From positions 12,430 to 76,429 of the forward strand of contig JBEEJY010000010.1 in NCBI GenBank assembly GCA_041168925.1: a stretch of DNA of 64,000 bases, given 5' to 3'. Shown here piece after piece: positions 18,359-28,334 of the stretch. A program made the translations under genes and the position numbers. Below the pieces are notes generated by a model. The model was not told where the DNA came from. It worked only from the letters and a program-made list of their open reading frames with translations, and searched no databases. The DNA comes from Candidatus Parcubacteria bacterium. Lineage in GTDB: Bacteria > Patescibacteriota > Minisyncoccia > Phycocordibacterales > UBA2100. Each line of letters opens with the position of its first letter. Position 1 is the stretch's first letter.

Positions 18359-20017
18359 ATGGCGCACTGGCGCATCACAGCGGTTGTCATCCTCTCTTTC
18401 CTCGCAAGCGCCATTTTTGCTTTTGCCTCCGCTCCCGCCGCTCCGCCGCTGCCGCTCACCGCGACATGCAACGCCGCCGGCACGCAGGCGACGCTCAATT
18501 GGACACCGGTTGCGGGTGCCGATCATTACTGGCTGCGGGTCAATGACTATCTCACTCCTGATTGCTCGTCGCCGACCGTGACGGGCCCCAACGGCTACTG
18601 CACGAGCGGAGTCGATTACGTCAACGATGTCGCCCAGCCCGGCGTGACGGTGAACGTGCCGACCGATCGCAATCTCGTCTGGTGGGTGCACTCGGTTTCG
18701 AGTACAGGTGAATACAGCGAGCAGACGACGTTTGATTTTACATGCTATCCGCCGCAACCTGCTGCGCCTCCCGCCCTATCGATCAGCGCCTCACCTGCTA
18801 CGATCGGGGCGGGACAGTCCTCGACAATCTCGTGGAGCGCGAGCAACTATTACAGCTGTACCATCGGCGTCTTTCCGGCGCCGAATTACACGATCTTCAA
18901 TTATTCGCCACCGTGGAGCGGCAGCAATACCACGGGTCCGCTCTCAACGAATAAGACATACACTCTGTCGTGTTTGGACACCAACAACCAATACAGCTAT
19001 TCGTCCTCGACCGTCGTCACCGTTATTCCCGCTCCGACATGCGCGGTGACAATCAGCCCCACATCGTATAATGCCCCCGCTTCCGCGACTCTCTCGTGGT
19101 CTTCATCAAACGCAGCAAGCTTCTACATCAACTCCGTAGGATACGTCGGCGCCTCCGGTTCGACGACGGTCTCACCCTCGGCTTCCACCGACTACAGCGG
19201 CACGGTGACAGGTCCCGGCGGTTCCGCGACGTGCCCCGCGACACTCACTGTCCATCCCTCCTGCACCTTCAATGGTCAAACCGTCACGCACGGATCATCC
19301 GTTACCGCATACCAAGCCGCGACTGTCCCGTACGGCTCCTCCTGTGCCTCGCAAGTTCGCACCTGCACCGAAGGAACACTCTCAGAGTCGTATCAGTATC
19401 CCTCCTGCGCTGTCAGCCCTCCTGCAAATTGCACGCTCGACGGCGCGACCGTTCTCCACGGCCAATCCCGAACGTTCTATTCAAAACAAACCGCGCCCGT
19501 GGGCCAGCTTTGCTCGGCACTGGGCCAGTCACGCACCTGTACCGACGGATCGCTCTCCGGCTCTCCCTCATACCAGTACGCGTCCTGCTCCTGCACGCCC
19601 TCCGCCGCCTACTCCTGCTCCGCCAGCAACATTATACAAACGAGCACGGACGCTTCCTGCACCGTCACCGCGAACCCGAGTTATGCGACCTGCGTCTCGC
19701 CTCAGTTTTGCTCACCAGGTTCATCGGCGTGCCTCGACGCGGCGATCACAGTCTCGCAGCATCTTGCCGTCCGTCCACAATTAGTACAACAGGGGTCCAG
19801 CGCCAAAGTCTATTGGCAGGTTTCGAACGCATCCCACTGCTCGGTCACCGGCTCAAACGGCGATGCATGGAATTTTGCCGCGTCAGGTGAGGCAGGTGTA
19901 GCAACAAGTCCGATCAATCAGCAGACGACGTATACGCTCGCGTGCACTGCCTTTAACGGCTCGCACATCAACGAATCTCAAGTCGTCAATGTCGTGCCCG
20001 CGTTTCAGGAAATCTGA
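18359..20017 (+). CDS. Secreted Ser/Thr/Cys-rich surface protein with Ig-like and Cys-rich repeats
   Basis: Signal peptide; ISWSAS/LSWSSS/VYWQVS beta-rich modules with TYTLxC; two CT.NG.TV.HG.S....RTCT.G.LS..YQY.SC repeats. Confidence 0.75.
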   Translation: MAHWRITAVVILSFLASAIFAFASAPAAPPLPLTATCNAAGTQATLNWTPVAGADHYWLRVNDYLTPDCSSPTVTGPNGYCTSGVDYVNDVAQPGVTVNVPTDRNLVWWVHSVSSTGEYSEQTTFDFTCYPPQPAAPPALSISASPATIGAGQSSTISWSASNYYSCTIGVFPAPNYTIFNYSPPWSGSNTTGPLSTNKTYTLSCLDTNNQYSYSSSTVVTVIPAPTCAVTISPTSYNAPASATLSWSSSNAASFYINSVGYVGASGSTTVSPSASTDYSGTVTGPGGSATCPATLTVHPSCTFNGQTVTHGSSVTAYQAATVPYGSSCASQVRTCTEGTLSESYQYPSCAVSPPANCTLDGATVLHGQSRTFYSKQTAPVGQLCSALGQSRTCTDGSLSGSPSYQYASCSCTPSAAYSCSASNIIQTSTDASCTVTANPSYATCVSPQFCSPGSSACLDAAITVSQHLAVRPQLVQQGSSAKVYWQVSNASHCSVTGSNGDAWNFAASGEAGVATSPINQQTTYTLACTAFNGSHINESQVVNVVPAFQEI

Positions 20018-20111
20018 TCGCAAAATAGTAGACGTTGCCGTACTAACACACTTCGAGGTGAAGCACGATGTTCAATCACCGGCGCGAGCAATTACCCAAG
20101 GGGGTAATGGC

Positions 20112-20201
20112 GGGGTAATGAGGACAGGCACCATTTCAGGACTTCGGCCATCCTGGATTCCCGAGCGCCGACTCAAGTTCATGCCGCTTCACCATTCTTT
20201 C
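20112..20201 (-). pseudogene. RAYT 3'-end relic plus terminal repeat (copy 1)
   Basis: 20136..20201 on the minus strand reads ERMVKRHELESALGNPGWPKS*, followed by aatggtgcctgtcctcattac. Confidence 0.6.
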
Positions 20202-20647
20202 TATAGATCCATTTCGGCAAGCCGAATCAAATCTCCCGGCTTTACGATTTTGAGACCTTTTTGATTTGCTATCCGTATGATCTTCTCGCTGAAAAATTCA
20301 TTATCGAGCGTGAGTAAATATTCGGCATTCCGCAGTGCCGACGCAAGGATCGGCGCGTCCTTTTTTGAGATATGTCGAAACAGTTTCGCAACGTCTCGCT
20401 TCGAGGGATTAGGCAATACTCGAATACCCGCAAATCCAATGAGGAGAAATAGAGTAGCAGAGAGGTGCGCGAACCGCTGTAATTTGCCGTCCAACACATC
20501 TCTTACTTCTTCGAGTACGTATTCGTTGATGAGGAGGACAAAACCTGAGTGTTTTTCCCGCAGCGCGTATGCGCTCCCGCCATCGGCGGAAAGCAACGCC
20601 GCAATAAGTACACTTGAGTCGACGAAGACACGAGGCCTATTTTCCAT
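20201..20647 (-). CDS. PIN-domain (VapC-like) toxin
   Basis: VFVDSSVLIAA, E, KDAPILASA, LLTLD. Confidence 0.88.
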   Translation of the reverse strand: MENRPRVFVDSSVLIAALLSADGGSAYALREKHSGFVLLINEYVLEEVRDVLDGKLQRFAHLSATLFLLIGFAGIRVLPNPSKRDVAKLFRHISKKDAPILASALRNAEYLLTLDNEFFSEKIIRIANQKGLKIVKPGDLIRLAEMDL

Positions 20648-20813
20648 AGCGCGACTTGAATGTCTTCGCGCGCGCCCTTTTCATCGCCGGTCGGATTATT
20701 TTCCAGTTTCGTTCGTCAATCGAAAAATCAGGCCGCTTGATGACCGACCGTTTAAGCAGTTTGATTTCCGCCTCGATTTTGCCGATGCGTTCCTGCACAT
20801 TCGCTTTGTTCAT
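20637..20813 (-). CDS. Putative antitoxin, 58 aa (below the ORF-track cutoff)
   Basis: MNKANVQERIGKIEAEIKLLKRS...FKSRYGK*; overlaps the PIN start; TATACT 7 nt before the ATG. Confidence 0.7.
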   Translation of the reverse strand: MNKANVQERIGKIEAEIKLLKRSVIKRPDFSIDERNWKIIRPAMKRARAKTFKSRYGK

Positions 20814-20867
20814 ATACGGCAGTATAGCAACATCCTCGATGAAAACAATATGGCCCGGGAGAAAAAT

Positions 20868-20916
20868 AGGGTAACGGAGACAGGCACCATTTCAGGGCTT
20901 CGATCGTCCCGGATTC
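20868..20916 (-). repeat. RAYT 3'-end relic plus terminal repeat (copy 2), direct repeat of 20112..20160
   Basis: 40/49 identical to 20112-20160 with an 18 nt exact core gacaggcaccatttcagg; minus strand reads NPGRSKP*. Confidence 0.8.
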
Positions 20917-20978
20917 AGCAACCCGAAAGTTTCTTTAACTCGAAGTATTGTATCGCGTTGGCGAGGGTTATCAGCGCG

Positions 20979-22076
20979 TTATCTATGTCGGCTGCGCGAT
21001 ACATTAAGAAGGATGCCGGCGCTTGCGAGCGAGACGAGCATCGCCGAGCCGCCTTGGGATACGAAAGTCAGCGGAATACCCGTGAGAGGTGCCAAACCGA
21101 GCATGGAGGAGATGTTGATGAATGCCTCCGAGACAAGGTAGGTCGAGATGCCGACCGCAAGGAGGCCTCCGAACGCATCGTGTGTCCGCGCCGCGACGAC
21201 GAAGCCCCGAAGCGCGAGGAAGAGAAAGAGCCCGACGATCCCGACCGAACCGACGAAACCGAGCTCCTCGGATGCGACCGCGAAAATCGAATCTCCCATC
21301 GGCTCCGGCAGATAGGTGAATTTTTGCACGCTCTGTCCGAATCCCCTTCCGGTAAGGCCGCCGGAGCCGATCGCGATGAGCGATTGACGTATCTGATAGC
21401 CTTCCGCCAGCCGTCCTTCCGACGGATAGAAAAAAGTCATGACTCGATCTCGCACGTACGGTCGCTCGAAGGCGAGCGCGCCGAGCGCAAGCAAGGCGAT
21501 TATGATGATGAGCGCGATGTCGCGCCAGCGCGCGCCGGCCGAGAAAAAGATCGCTGCGATACTCGCGCATATGACGCCGAGCGTCCCCATGTCTGGTTGC
21601 AGCAAAAGGATGAGTCCCGGCAGTAAGAGGAGCGCAAGAAAACCGCAAGCACCCCAAAGGATGCTCGCCGCGCGCTCGCGTATCGTCGCGAAATAGGCGG
21701 CAGCCATGATGATAGTCGCGAGTTTGAGCAGCTCCGATGGTTGAAAAGACATGCCGGCGAGGATGAGCCAGCGCCTTCCGCCGCCGTGCGAGGCGCCGAG
21801 ATGCGGTATAAAAACTGCCGCAGTCGCAAGGAGGGCAAGCCCGAAAAAGTACGGCGCTATCGGCCGCCACCGGCGGTAGTCGATAAGCGCGCCGCATACC
21901 AGCAAAAATGACCCCGCGCCGATGCCGAGAACGACGTGCCCGAACGCGACGGAAGCGATGCTTACTCCCCCTCGGGCGAGGATCCCGAACGCCGCGGAGG
22001 CGAAGATCAGCCCGCCGCCGATGACGAGGATCGCGATCAGGAGCACCAACGTCTTGTCCACTCCGGCGCGTCGCAT
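20979..22076 (-). CDS. ftsW: SEDS-family glycosyltransferase FtsW
   Basis: RRWL, FQPSELLK, QPDMGT, LPEPMGDSIF, PLTGIPLTFVSQGGS. Confidence 0.92.
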   Translation of the reverse strand: MRRAGVDKTLVLLIAILVIGGGLIFASAAFGILARGGVSIASVAFGHVVLGIGAGSFLLVCGALIDYRRWRPIAPYFFGLALLATAAVFIPHLGASHGGGRRWLILAGMSFQPSELLKLATIIMAAAYFATIRERAASILWGACGFLALLLLPGLILLLQPDMGTLGVICASIAAIFFSAGARWRDIALIIIIALLALGALAFERPYVRDRVMTFFYPSEGRLAEGYQIRQSLIAIGSGGLTGRGFGQSVQKFTYLPEPMGDSIFAVASEELGFVGSVGIVGLFLFLALRGFVVAARTHDAFGGLLAVGISTYLVSEAFINISSMLGLAPLTGIPLTFVSQGGSAMLVSLASAGILLNVSRSRHR

Positions 22077-22081
22077 GGATC

Positions 22082-23137
22082 TTACCTGGCAAGCGCGATT
22101 ATGACGCCGGCGAATGCGAGAACGATCGAAAGTACCCAGTAGCGCATCACGATTTTCGGGCCCGGCCAGCCGATCGCTTCAAAGTGGTGGTGGAGCGGCG
22201 CGATGCGCAAGAGTTTGCGTCCGAAGTATTTCTTCGAGAGCACCTGCGCGACGTCGGAGAGCACCGTGACGACGAGCAGCCCGCCGATGATCGGCAGCAC
22301 CGCAATGCCGACGCCGTCTCCCGGAGTATCTGTCAAAAACGCGACCGTCCCGATCGCGAGCGTAAGTCCCATCGTACCGGTATCGCTCATGTAGAAGCGC
22401 GCAGGCGGGATATTGAACCACAAAAATGCAAGCAATCCGCCGAGGACAGAAGCCGTGAAAGCGGCGAGGTCGATTTGCTGCTGGCTAAACGCGATGATGG
22501 TATACGAGGCGAAGATCGACGCAAAAACGCCCCCGGAAAGGCCGTCGATGCCGTCGATGACGCCGGAGGCGTAGAGCGAAAGCGAAACGAATATAAACAG
22601 AGGGATAATGAGCCATCCGATCTCGAGCGGAGCGCCGAATGGAATGCCGATTGACGTTACGTCGAGCTTTGCGAAGAACCACCAGCCGATGCAGGCCGAA
22701 AGCAGAACGACGATAAGAAGCCGCAGACGCAGACGAAGCCCTTTACCATCCGGCCGTATCACGAGGAGATCGTCCGCAAGCCCCACGAGAGCGCCGACGA
22801 GCAGCGTCGCGAGCGGAAGCCATGTCTGGCTTCGACTCAAGAAGTTTAGAGACGAGAGATAGGGCGATGGTATGAGCCCGAGCAGCGCGATACCGAAGAT
22901 CGTGAGCAATACGCTCGCCCAGACGACGATCCCTCCCATGCGCGGTGCCCTGACTTCGTTCTCGATGTGGAGCCGGTTGAACTCGCGCGCGATCGTGCCA
23001 TCGAGCGCCTCTTTGCCCGGCCGCTTTTTCCATGCTCTGTACGTATAGAGGTAATGCGCGACGATCGGCGTGATGCCGATTCCGATCGCGAATGAGAGCG
23101 CCGCCGGAATGAGGATCTTGACGATGGGAGAGATCAT
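22082..23137 (-). CDS. mraY: Phospho-N-acetylmuramoyl-pentapeptide transferase
   Basis: PRMGG, GLADD, DGIDGL, FNIPPARFYMSDTG, APLHHHFE. Confidence 0.93.
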   Translation of the reverse strand: MISPIVKILIPAALSFAIGIGITPIVAHYLYTYRAWKKRPGKEALDGTIAREFNRLHIENEVRAPRMGGIVVWASVLLTIFGIALLGLIPSPYLSSLNFLSRSQTWLPLATLLVGALVGLADDLLVIRPDGKGLRLRLRLLIVVLLSACIGWWFFAKLDVTSIGIPFGAPLEIGWLIIPLFIFVSLSLYASGVIDGIDGLSGGVFASIFASYTIIAFSQQQIDLAAFTASVLGGLLAFLWFNIPPARFYMSDTGTMGLTLAIGTVAFLTDTPGDGVGIAVLPIIGGLLVVTVLSDVAQVLSKKYFGRKLLRIAPLHHHFEAIGWPGPKIVMRYWVLSIVLAFAGVIIALAR

Positions 23138-23143
23138 GCGGGT

Positions 23144-24109
23144 TTAGCGCTTCGCGATGCGGTCTTCAATCGCCGCGACGAGCCGCTTCATGTCTTCGAA
23201 CCGACCGTCGTCGGAGGAGTGCAGTATCACCGCGACGATCGGGTGCGCGGGCCCGATGTCGAACGCGACAGCCAAGTTGCCTCCGGCGAGATCGGTCGTC
23301 CCCGTTTTGCCCATCATGAGTCCGTGAATCTCTCCGAGCGCCTTATCGGTGTTCTTGGCCGTCGCCCGTTCGCCCTCTTCCGAGGTGAGCAGCATGCCGT
23401 TTTTCGTGGTGGCGACGAACAAATCCGGATGATTGAGCGCGGCATATGCGAAAATCTCAGCGGTTTCTCTCGCCGTACCGAATGCCCCCGCCTGCGTCGG
23501 AGAAATATCGAGACCGCTCACGTTGAGAAAGTATGTGCGCGTAAGGCCGAGCTCCCGTACCAGCGCATTCATCCGGTAGAGCGCGGCGCCGCCTGCCGGA
23601 GCGGCCGGATACCGCTTGCGGATCGCCTCGTCGGAAGCGGCGGCGATAAGCTCCGCCCCCTCGTTCGAAGAGTTCACGAGCATAAAATTCATGAGATCTC
23701 TCGAACGCCACGTCGATCCATCCGGGAATCGCTTCACTGCTCCGTCGGGAGTCGCGTGGGGAGGTATCGCGATGAGGGTGTCGGGCGCGAGAAAGTCCGA
23801 GACGGCGAGCGCGAGCACCACTTTGGCGAGCGACGCGAGCGGCAGTTGTGCTCCGGGATTTTTCGCGAAGAGCACCTCTCCCGTCGTCGTGTCGAAGGCA
23901 AAACCGCCCGTCGCCCCGATGTCGAGATCGATCGGCTGAGTCGCGATCGCCGCAGCGGCAGCCTGTCCGCCGGCGAGCGCTCTGCCGTTTTGCGTGAGGT
24001 AAGCGGTCGTCCCTATCGCGCTCGCGACAAACAGGAGCGCGAGCGAGGCAAGCCCAACCACGCGCATGGCTGTCGGACTTGCGTTAACGCTTTGCGGGTC
24101 ACTCGGCAT
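23144..24109 (-). CDS. D-alanyl-D-alanine carboxypeptidase (S11)
   Basis: TM anchor, PLASLAK (SxxK), SSN, GKTG. Confidence 0.85.
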   Translation of the reverse strand: MPSDPQSVNASPTAMRVVGLASLALLFVASAIGTTAYLTQNGRALAGGQAAAAAIATQPIDLDIGATGGFAFDTTTGEVLFAKNPGAQLPLASLAKVVLALAVSDFLAPDTLIAIPPHATPDGAVKRFPDGSTWRSRDLMNFMLVNSSNEGAELIAAASDEAIRKRYPAAPAGGAALYRMNALVRELGLTRTYFLNVSGLDISPTQAGAFGTARETAEIFAYAALNHPDLFVATTKNGMLLTSEEGERATAKNTDKALGEIHGLMMGKTGTTDLAGGNLAVAFDIGPAHPIVAVILHSSDDGRFEDMKRLVAAIEDRIAKR

Positions 24110-24662
24110 AGGACGATTCGGCGCCGGGCTTTTCATGAGCTTCGAAGGAGGCGAGTTCGGCGCGGATCGCGGCGTACTCCGGCAAGTCGGCCGCCTGACC
24201 AACGCCAAGGTGCGCGAGCAGCTCTACCGTCGGACGGTAGAGGTATTCGCGCCCGTCTTCCGGGTTTCCCGCGCGCTCGAGCAAGCCGCGCGCCATGAGG
24301 GTGCGGATCGTCGAACTCGTATTGACGCCCCGGATGTAGTCGATCTGAGAGCGGGTGGAGGGTCCGCGATAGAGCACGATAGAGATGACTTCAAGGCCCG
24401 CCTCGCCGATTTCCTGCCCCAACTCGTTTTCGCGAGCCCTCCGCACAGCTTGCGCGGCATCGGGCGCGATCGCGAGCGCCGCTGAAGTGTCGGTGAGGAT
24501 GAGCGCGAGCCCGCGCCCCGAAAGGCGCGAAGAAAGTTCGGTGAGCGCCGGTGCGAGCTCGCTTTCTTCAATGCCGAGTGCATGAGCGAGTTTCTTGCGG
24601 GAAAGCGGGCCTCCTTCGGAGAAAAGAAAAGCTTCCGCCTGTGATGAGAGATCGGTCATCAT
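24099..24662 (-). CDS. scpB: SMC-Scp complex subunit ScpB
   Basis: EAFLFSEG, LEVISIVLY..P.TRSQIDYIRGVN. Confidence 0.92.
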   Translation of the reverse strand: MMTDLSSQAEAFLFSEGGPLSRKKLAHALGIEESELAPALTELSSRLSGRGLALILTDTSAALAIAPDAAQAVRRARENELGQEIGEAGLEVISIVLYRGPSTRSQIDYIRGVNTSSTIRTLMARGLLERAGNPEDGREYLYRPTVELLAHLGVGQAADLPEYAAIRAELASFEAHEKPGAESSYAE

Positions 24663-24667
24663 ATAAT

Positions 24668-25396
24668 TCAGACTCCGAATTTCGGAGCGCCGGCAACGCC
24701 CTCGGACTCGATCGTGATGTCTTCAAAAAGACGCTCCTGGGTGACGCTCGCGGATCCGGAGCGCACCAATTCGAGCATCGCGAGAAAATAGACGATGACG
24801 TCGTGCCTGTTTCTCGATTTCGTGAGCTCCGAAAATCGCGCGCGGAACGCTCCGACGAGGCGCTTTTTGAGCTGATCGATCACGTCCTCGAGCGCGAGTA
24901 CCGGGACGACGGCCGCCTGCGCGATCCTTTCGGGTTTCGGCAATATCTCGATGAGTTTTCGCGCGGCGCGCGCGATTTTCTCAATCGAGGCGTCCGCCGG
25001 GCTAAAGATCGTTTCTCCGGATGGAGCGCGCCGCGCGAAGGAAAGCGGGTGCGCACCCCACGAGCCGCGAAGCAGCTTCGCGCACCTGCGGATGAGACGC
25101 AGCCGCGCCAGACGTCGTTCAAGCTCCTCGACCGATTCACGCTCGTCGCTCGAGAGTTCGAGCGTCGGCAGGAGCGCTCGCGATTTGATGAGCAGCAGCG
25201 TGGAGGCGATAAGGACGAACTGCGCGGTTTCTCCGAGCGGGAGCCGCGCCAATTTTTCAATATACGCGAGATAAGAATCGGCGACCTCGGCAAGCGAAAT
25301 CTCCGAGATCGATAGCCGGCGCTCCTCGATGAGATCGAGGAGTTTCTCGAGAGGACCCTCGAAATGCCCGGTCGCGATCTGAAAGGAATTATTCAT
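24668..25396 (-). CDS. scpA: Segregation/condensation protein ScpA
   Basis: FEGPLEKLLDLI, IKSRALLP, FLAMLELV. Confidence 0.92.
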   Translation of the reverse strand: MNNSFQIATGHFEGPLEKLLDLIEERRLSISEISLAEVADSYLAYIEKLARLPLGETAQFVLIASTLLLIKSRALLPTLELSSDERESVEELERRLARLRLIRRCAKLLRGSWGAHPLSFARRAPSGETIFSPADASIEKIARAARKLIEILPKPERIAQAAVVPVLALEDVIDQLKKRLVGAFRARFSELTKSRNRHDVIVYFLAMLELVRSGSASVTQERLFEDITIESEGVAGAPKFGV

Positions 25397-26729
25397 GATC
25401 GGGTTCGACCGTTTCCGACAGGCGGCTGTCGATGCGAGTCATGTCGCGCGGGAAGGAAGTCGCCTCTTTCACGTTTTGAAACTCGAGCATGCGCGCCGTG
25501 AATCGCTCAAGCCCGGTCGAGCATCCGCCGTGCGGCGGCATACCGTATTTGAAAGCCTGGAGGTAGAACTGGAATTTTTTCGGATCGAGACCGCGCGATT
25601 CGATGCGTCTTACGAGCTCCGAGTGGTCGTGGATGCGCTGAGCGCCGCTGTTTATTTCGAGTCCTTTGAAGAGAAGATCGAATCCGCGGGAATAGGGAGC
25701 TTCGGCGGGATCCTCGTACGTATAGAAGGCTCGTTTCGATGTCGGAAAGCGGGTGATGAACACGAAGTCCGATCCCCTTTCTCTCTTCGACCATTCGCAA
25801 ATTCCCCGCTCGTCTTCTGGCTCCATATCAAGTGCTTCTTCTTTGCCAAGAATCTCCCGCGCTTCTTTTAGCGTGAGAATTGGGAACGACCCATCTGGTA
25901 TAACTGCTGCATCGACTCCAAATCGCGCAAATATATCCCGATGCTTTTCTTTTACTTCTTGTACGACATCACGAATTGCACGCTCGAGGATTGCCATCGG
26001 CTCGCGCTCGCTCTCGATGAAGCCCATCTCGAAATCTATGCACGTCGCCTCGGACAGGTGGCGCGTCGTCGCGCTCTTTTCCGCGCGAAAGATCTTCGCG
26101 ACGGTAAACGCCCTCTCGAACGGGCCCACCATGATCTGCTTGTAAAACTGCGGGCTCGTGGCGAGAAAAGCGGTCGCGTCGTTGAAATATTCCACTTTGA
26201 ATGCCGCCGCACCTCCTTCCGCGTCGCCGCCCACGAGTGCGGGAGCGACGAATTCGGTGAATCGTTGCTCCTTCAATGAACGACGATAGGCGTCGAGTAT
26301 CGAAGATTGAAGCGTAAAAATGTCTCGAGCCCGCTGACCTCGTAGCGTAAGCGGCAGATTGTCGAGATGCGTCTCGAGGTTGAGATCGGCCGTCAGCTCG
26401 AAGGGAAGCGTCTCGGCGGCGCTCAAAATGCGCATAGCATCAACTTTCAATTCGATGTCGCCATTCTGTTTCCCCTCCTGTATATTCTTCTGCGGGCGCT
26501 TGTTCACCGTACCCTCGACGACAACCGCCGATTCGACGGTCGTTTCCTTCGCGACAGCCATTGCGCCGCTCGTCGGCAATACGACGCCCTGCACTATTCC
26601 GGAGACATCGCGGAAATCGAAGAAGACCATTTTGCCCTGGTCGCGGCGTACGGTCACCCACGCATTGATGGTCGCACTCTTCCCTACGTGTTCTTTGAGG
26701 TCTCCGATGAATGTTCGCTCCATATTCAT
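25389..26729 (-). CDS. aspS: Aspartyl-tRNA synthetase, archaeal-type (likely non-discriminating)
   Basis: OB fold, EGGAAAF, SPQFYKQ, FRAEKS.T.RHLSE, SGAQRIH, GMPPHGG..GLER; 446 aa. Confidence 0.88.
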   Translation of the reverse strand: MNMERTFIGDLKEHVGKSATINAWVTVRRDQGKMVFFDFRDVSGIVQGVVLPTSGAMAVAKETTVESAVVVEGTVNKRPQKNIQEGKQNGDIELKVDAMRILSAAETLPFELTADLNLETHLDNLPLTLRGQRARDIFTLQSSILDAYRRSLKEQRFTEFVAPALVGGDAEGGAAAFKVEYFNDATAFLATSPQFYKQIMVGPFERAFTVAKIFRAEKSATTRHLSEATCIDFEMGFIESEREPMAILERAIRDVVQEVKEKHRDIFARFGVDAAVIPDGSFPILTLKEAREILGKEEALDMEPEDERGICEWSKRERGSDFVFITRFPTSKRAFYTYEDPAEAPYSRGFDLLFKGLEINSGAQRIHDHSELVRRIESRGLDPKKFQFYLQAFKYGMPPHGGCSTGLERFTARMLEFQNVKEATSFPRDMTRIDSRLSETVEPDHE

Positions 26730-27667
26730 ATCGCAACGCCGACCGCTTTTCGCACGGACACCATCTTCTCTTTGGCCTGCGCACTCGCCCGCTCGGCACC
26801 GTCTTTGAGAATAGCCTTCACGTCGGCATCGGAGACACTCGCCCGCTTCTCGCGCATCGGGGCGATCAGAGCCTCGATGTCCTCGGTAAGGGCTTCTTTA
26901 AGAGATTTGTAGTTCCCGCGATTCGCTTCATAGAGTCTCGAGAGTTCTTCATCGTCGCGGAAGAGTCTGTGAATCGCGTAGACGTTTTCCGGACGCTCCC
27001 CAGCCGAGTCAGTGACTATACTCATCACAGCGCTCGCGATATCGTCTTTCGCGCCAAAGAGCGGGATCGTATTGCCGTAGCTTTTGCTCATTTTCTTGCC
27101 GTCAGTCCCCGGTACTGTCGCTACGCCTTCAAGTATCTGTTCTTTTGGCTCTTTGAATGTCTCGCCAAAAGCGGCGTTGAATTTCGCGGCGGCTTCACGC
27201 GCGTACTCCACGTGTTGCCGCTGGTCGGCGCCCACGGGGACGACGTCGGTGTCGTAGAGCAGGATGTCGGCGGCCATGAGCATCGGGTAGGTAAAAAGAC
27301 CGGCATTTGCTTCCAAACCTTTCGCCACCTTGTCTTTGTACGCATGTGCCTGCTGCAAGAACGGGACGGTGACGAGACAATCGAATACCCAGGCAAGTTC
27401 GGTATGCGCAGAAACCGCCGATTGCTGAAAAAGGACCGTCTTTTTCTGATCGAGACCGACCGCCACGTAATCGCGCACGACCTCGAAAATGTTTTTGCGC
27501 AGTTCTTCCGGTTTGCGAAGCGACGTGAGCGCGTGGTAATCGGCCACCATGACCATTCCGTCGTTCCCCCGCAGAAGCTCGACGGTCTGTTTTAGGGCGC
27601 CGAAATAGTTCCCGATGTGCAGCGCGCCGGAAGGCTGCAGGCCCGTGAACAGGCGTTTTTTGGCCAT
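26726..27667 (-). CDS. trpS: Tryptophanyl-tRNA synthetase
   Basis: QPSGALHIGNY, YPMLMAADILLY, VPVGADQRQH, KMSKS. Confidence 0.96.
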   Translation of the reverse strand: MAKKRLFTGLQPSGALHIGNYFGALKQTVELLRGNDGMVMVADYHALTSLRKPEELRKNIFEVVRDYVAVGLDQKKTVLFQQSAVSAHTELAWVFDCLVTVPFLQQAHAYKDKVAKGLEANAGLFTYPMLMAADILLYDTDVVPVGADQRQHVEYAREAAAKFNAAFGETFKEPKEQILEGVATVPGTDGKKMSKSYGNTIPLFGAKDDIASAVMSIVTDSAGERPENVYAIHRLFRDDEELSRLYEANRGNYKSLKEALTEDIEALIAPMREKRASVSDADVKAILKDGAERASAQAKEKMVSVRKAVGVAI

Positions 27668-27768
27668 ATTCGGTGATTATAGCAAGTAAATTGCGTCTTC
27701 ACTATAAACAATCCAGCGTCCCGCAGGTCAAGGCATGCTAGCCATAAGCGGCAGACTCCGACAAAGGA

Positions 27769-28089
27769 CTACAATTTGAATACTTTGCGCAATATCAGAT
27801 CGACTCGGGCACATACGGCTTTTTCGGCCATGCCTAGCTCACCGAGCACTATCAGCTTTTGCAGTGTCGCGACCTTGTCCACCTTTATCACGGAATCGAC
27901 TTTGAGACCGTTCGCTTTCGTCGCACGAATTGGGACATCGAATGGCCCTCTCTTTGTGCTGATGGACGACACGAACGCGACGATGCAATCCTCTCCCCTC
28001 GAGACATACAACACGAGAGCGGGCCGTACTTTTTGCCCTGACAGGTCGGTAAACGGGAACGGCACAAGGACAAGCCGCCCTTTACCCAT
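27769..28089 (-). CDS. MazF/PemK-family toxin
   Basis: VLVPFPFTDLSGQKVRPALV, NGLKVDSVIKVDK. Confidence 0.9.
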   Translation of the reverse strand: MGKGRLVLVPFPFTDLSGQKVRPALVLYVSRGEDCIVAFVSSISTKRGPFDVPIRATKANGLKVDSVIKVDKVATLQKLIVLGELGMAEKAVCARVDLILRKVFKL

Positions 28090-28333
28090 AGCGCTTCTTC
28101 AAGTCCGAAACGGAATACAGTTCAGGCTCTCGAGAGAGAAAATCGAACGAACGTGAATACGCGTTGACGTTGGTGATGTCGTTCAGTGAATCGTTGTAAC
28201 TCTGCGGGAAGCCGATGAGCACTGCATCGATATCGCGACGTCTTCCTATCCCAAAGACTTCGCCGCGGTATCGCGCGCGGTTCACGATCTCTTTGATGTA
28301 TTTCCGAGCATTGGTGGTTGAAAGTACTTTCAT
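28082..28333 (-). CDS. Antitoxin with Phd/YefM-like N-terminus
   Basis: MKVLSTTNARKYIKEIVNRA...; C-terminal FDFL..EPELYSVSDLK; overlaps the toxin start. Confidence 0.7.
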   Translation of the reverse strand: MKVLSTTNARKYIKEIVNRARYRGEVFGIGRRRDIDAVLIGFPQSYNDSLNDITNVNAYSRSFDFLSREPELYSVSDLKKRYG

Positions 28334-28334
28334 G

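Noticed and set aside
20277-21626. Long antisense ORFs (also 16861..17508, 37801..39012, 43933..45174, 52655..53863)
   Set aside because: Shadow frames opposite well-supported genes, expected at high GC
27690-27725. Possible histidine-kinase remnant (minus strand AGLFIVK) after mazF
   Set aside because: Too short, with little nucleotide similarity to the kinase gene; likely chance
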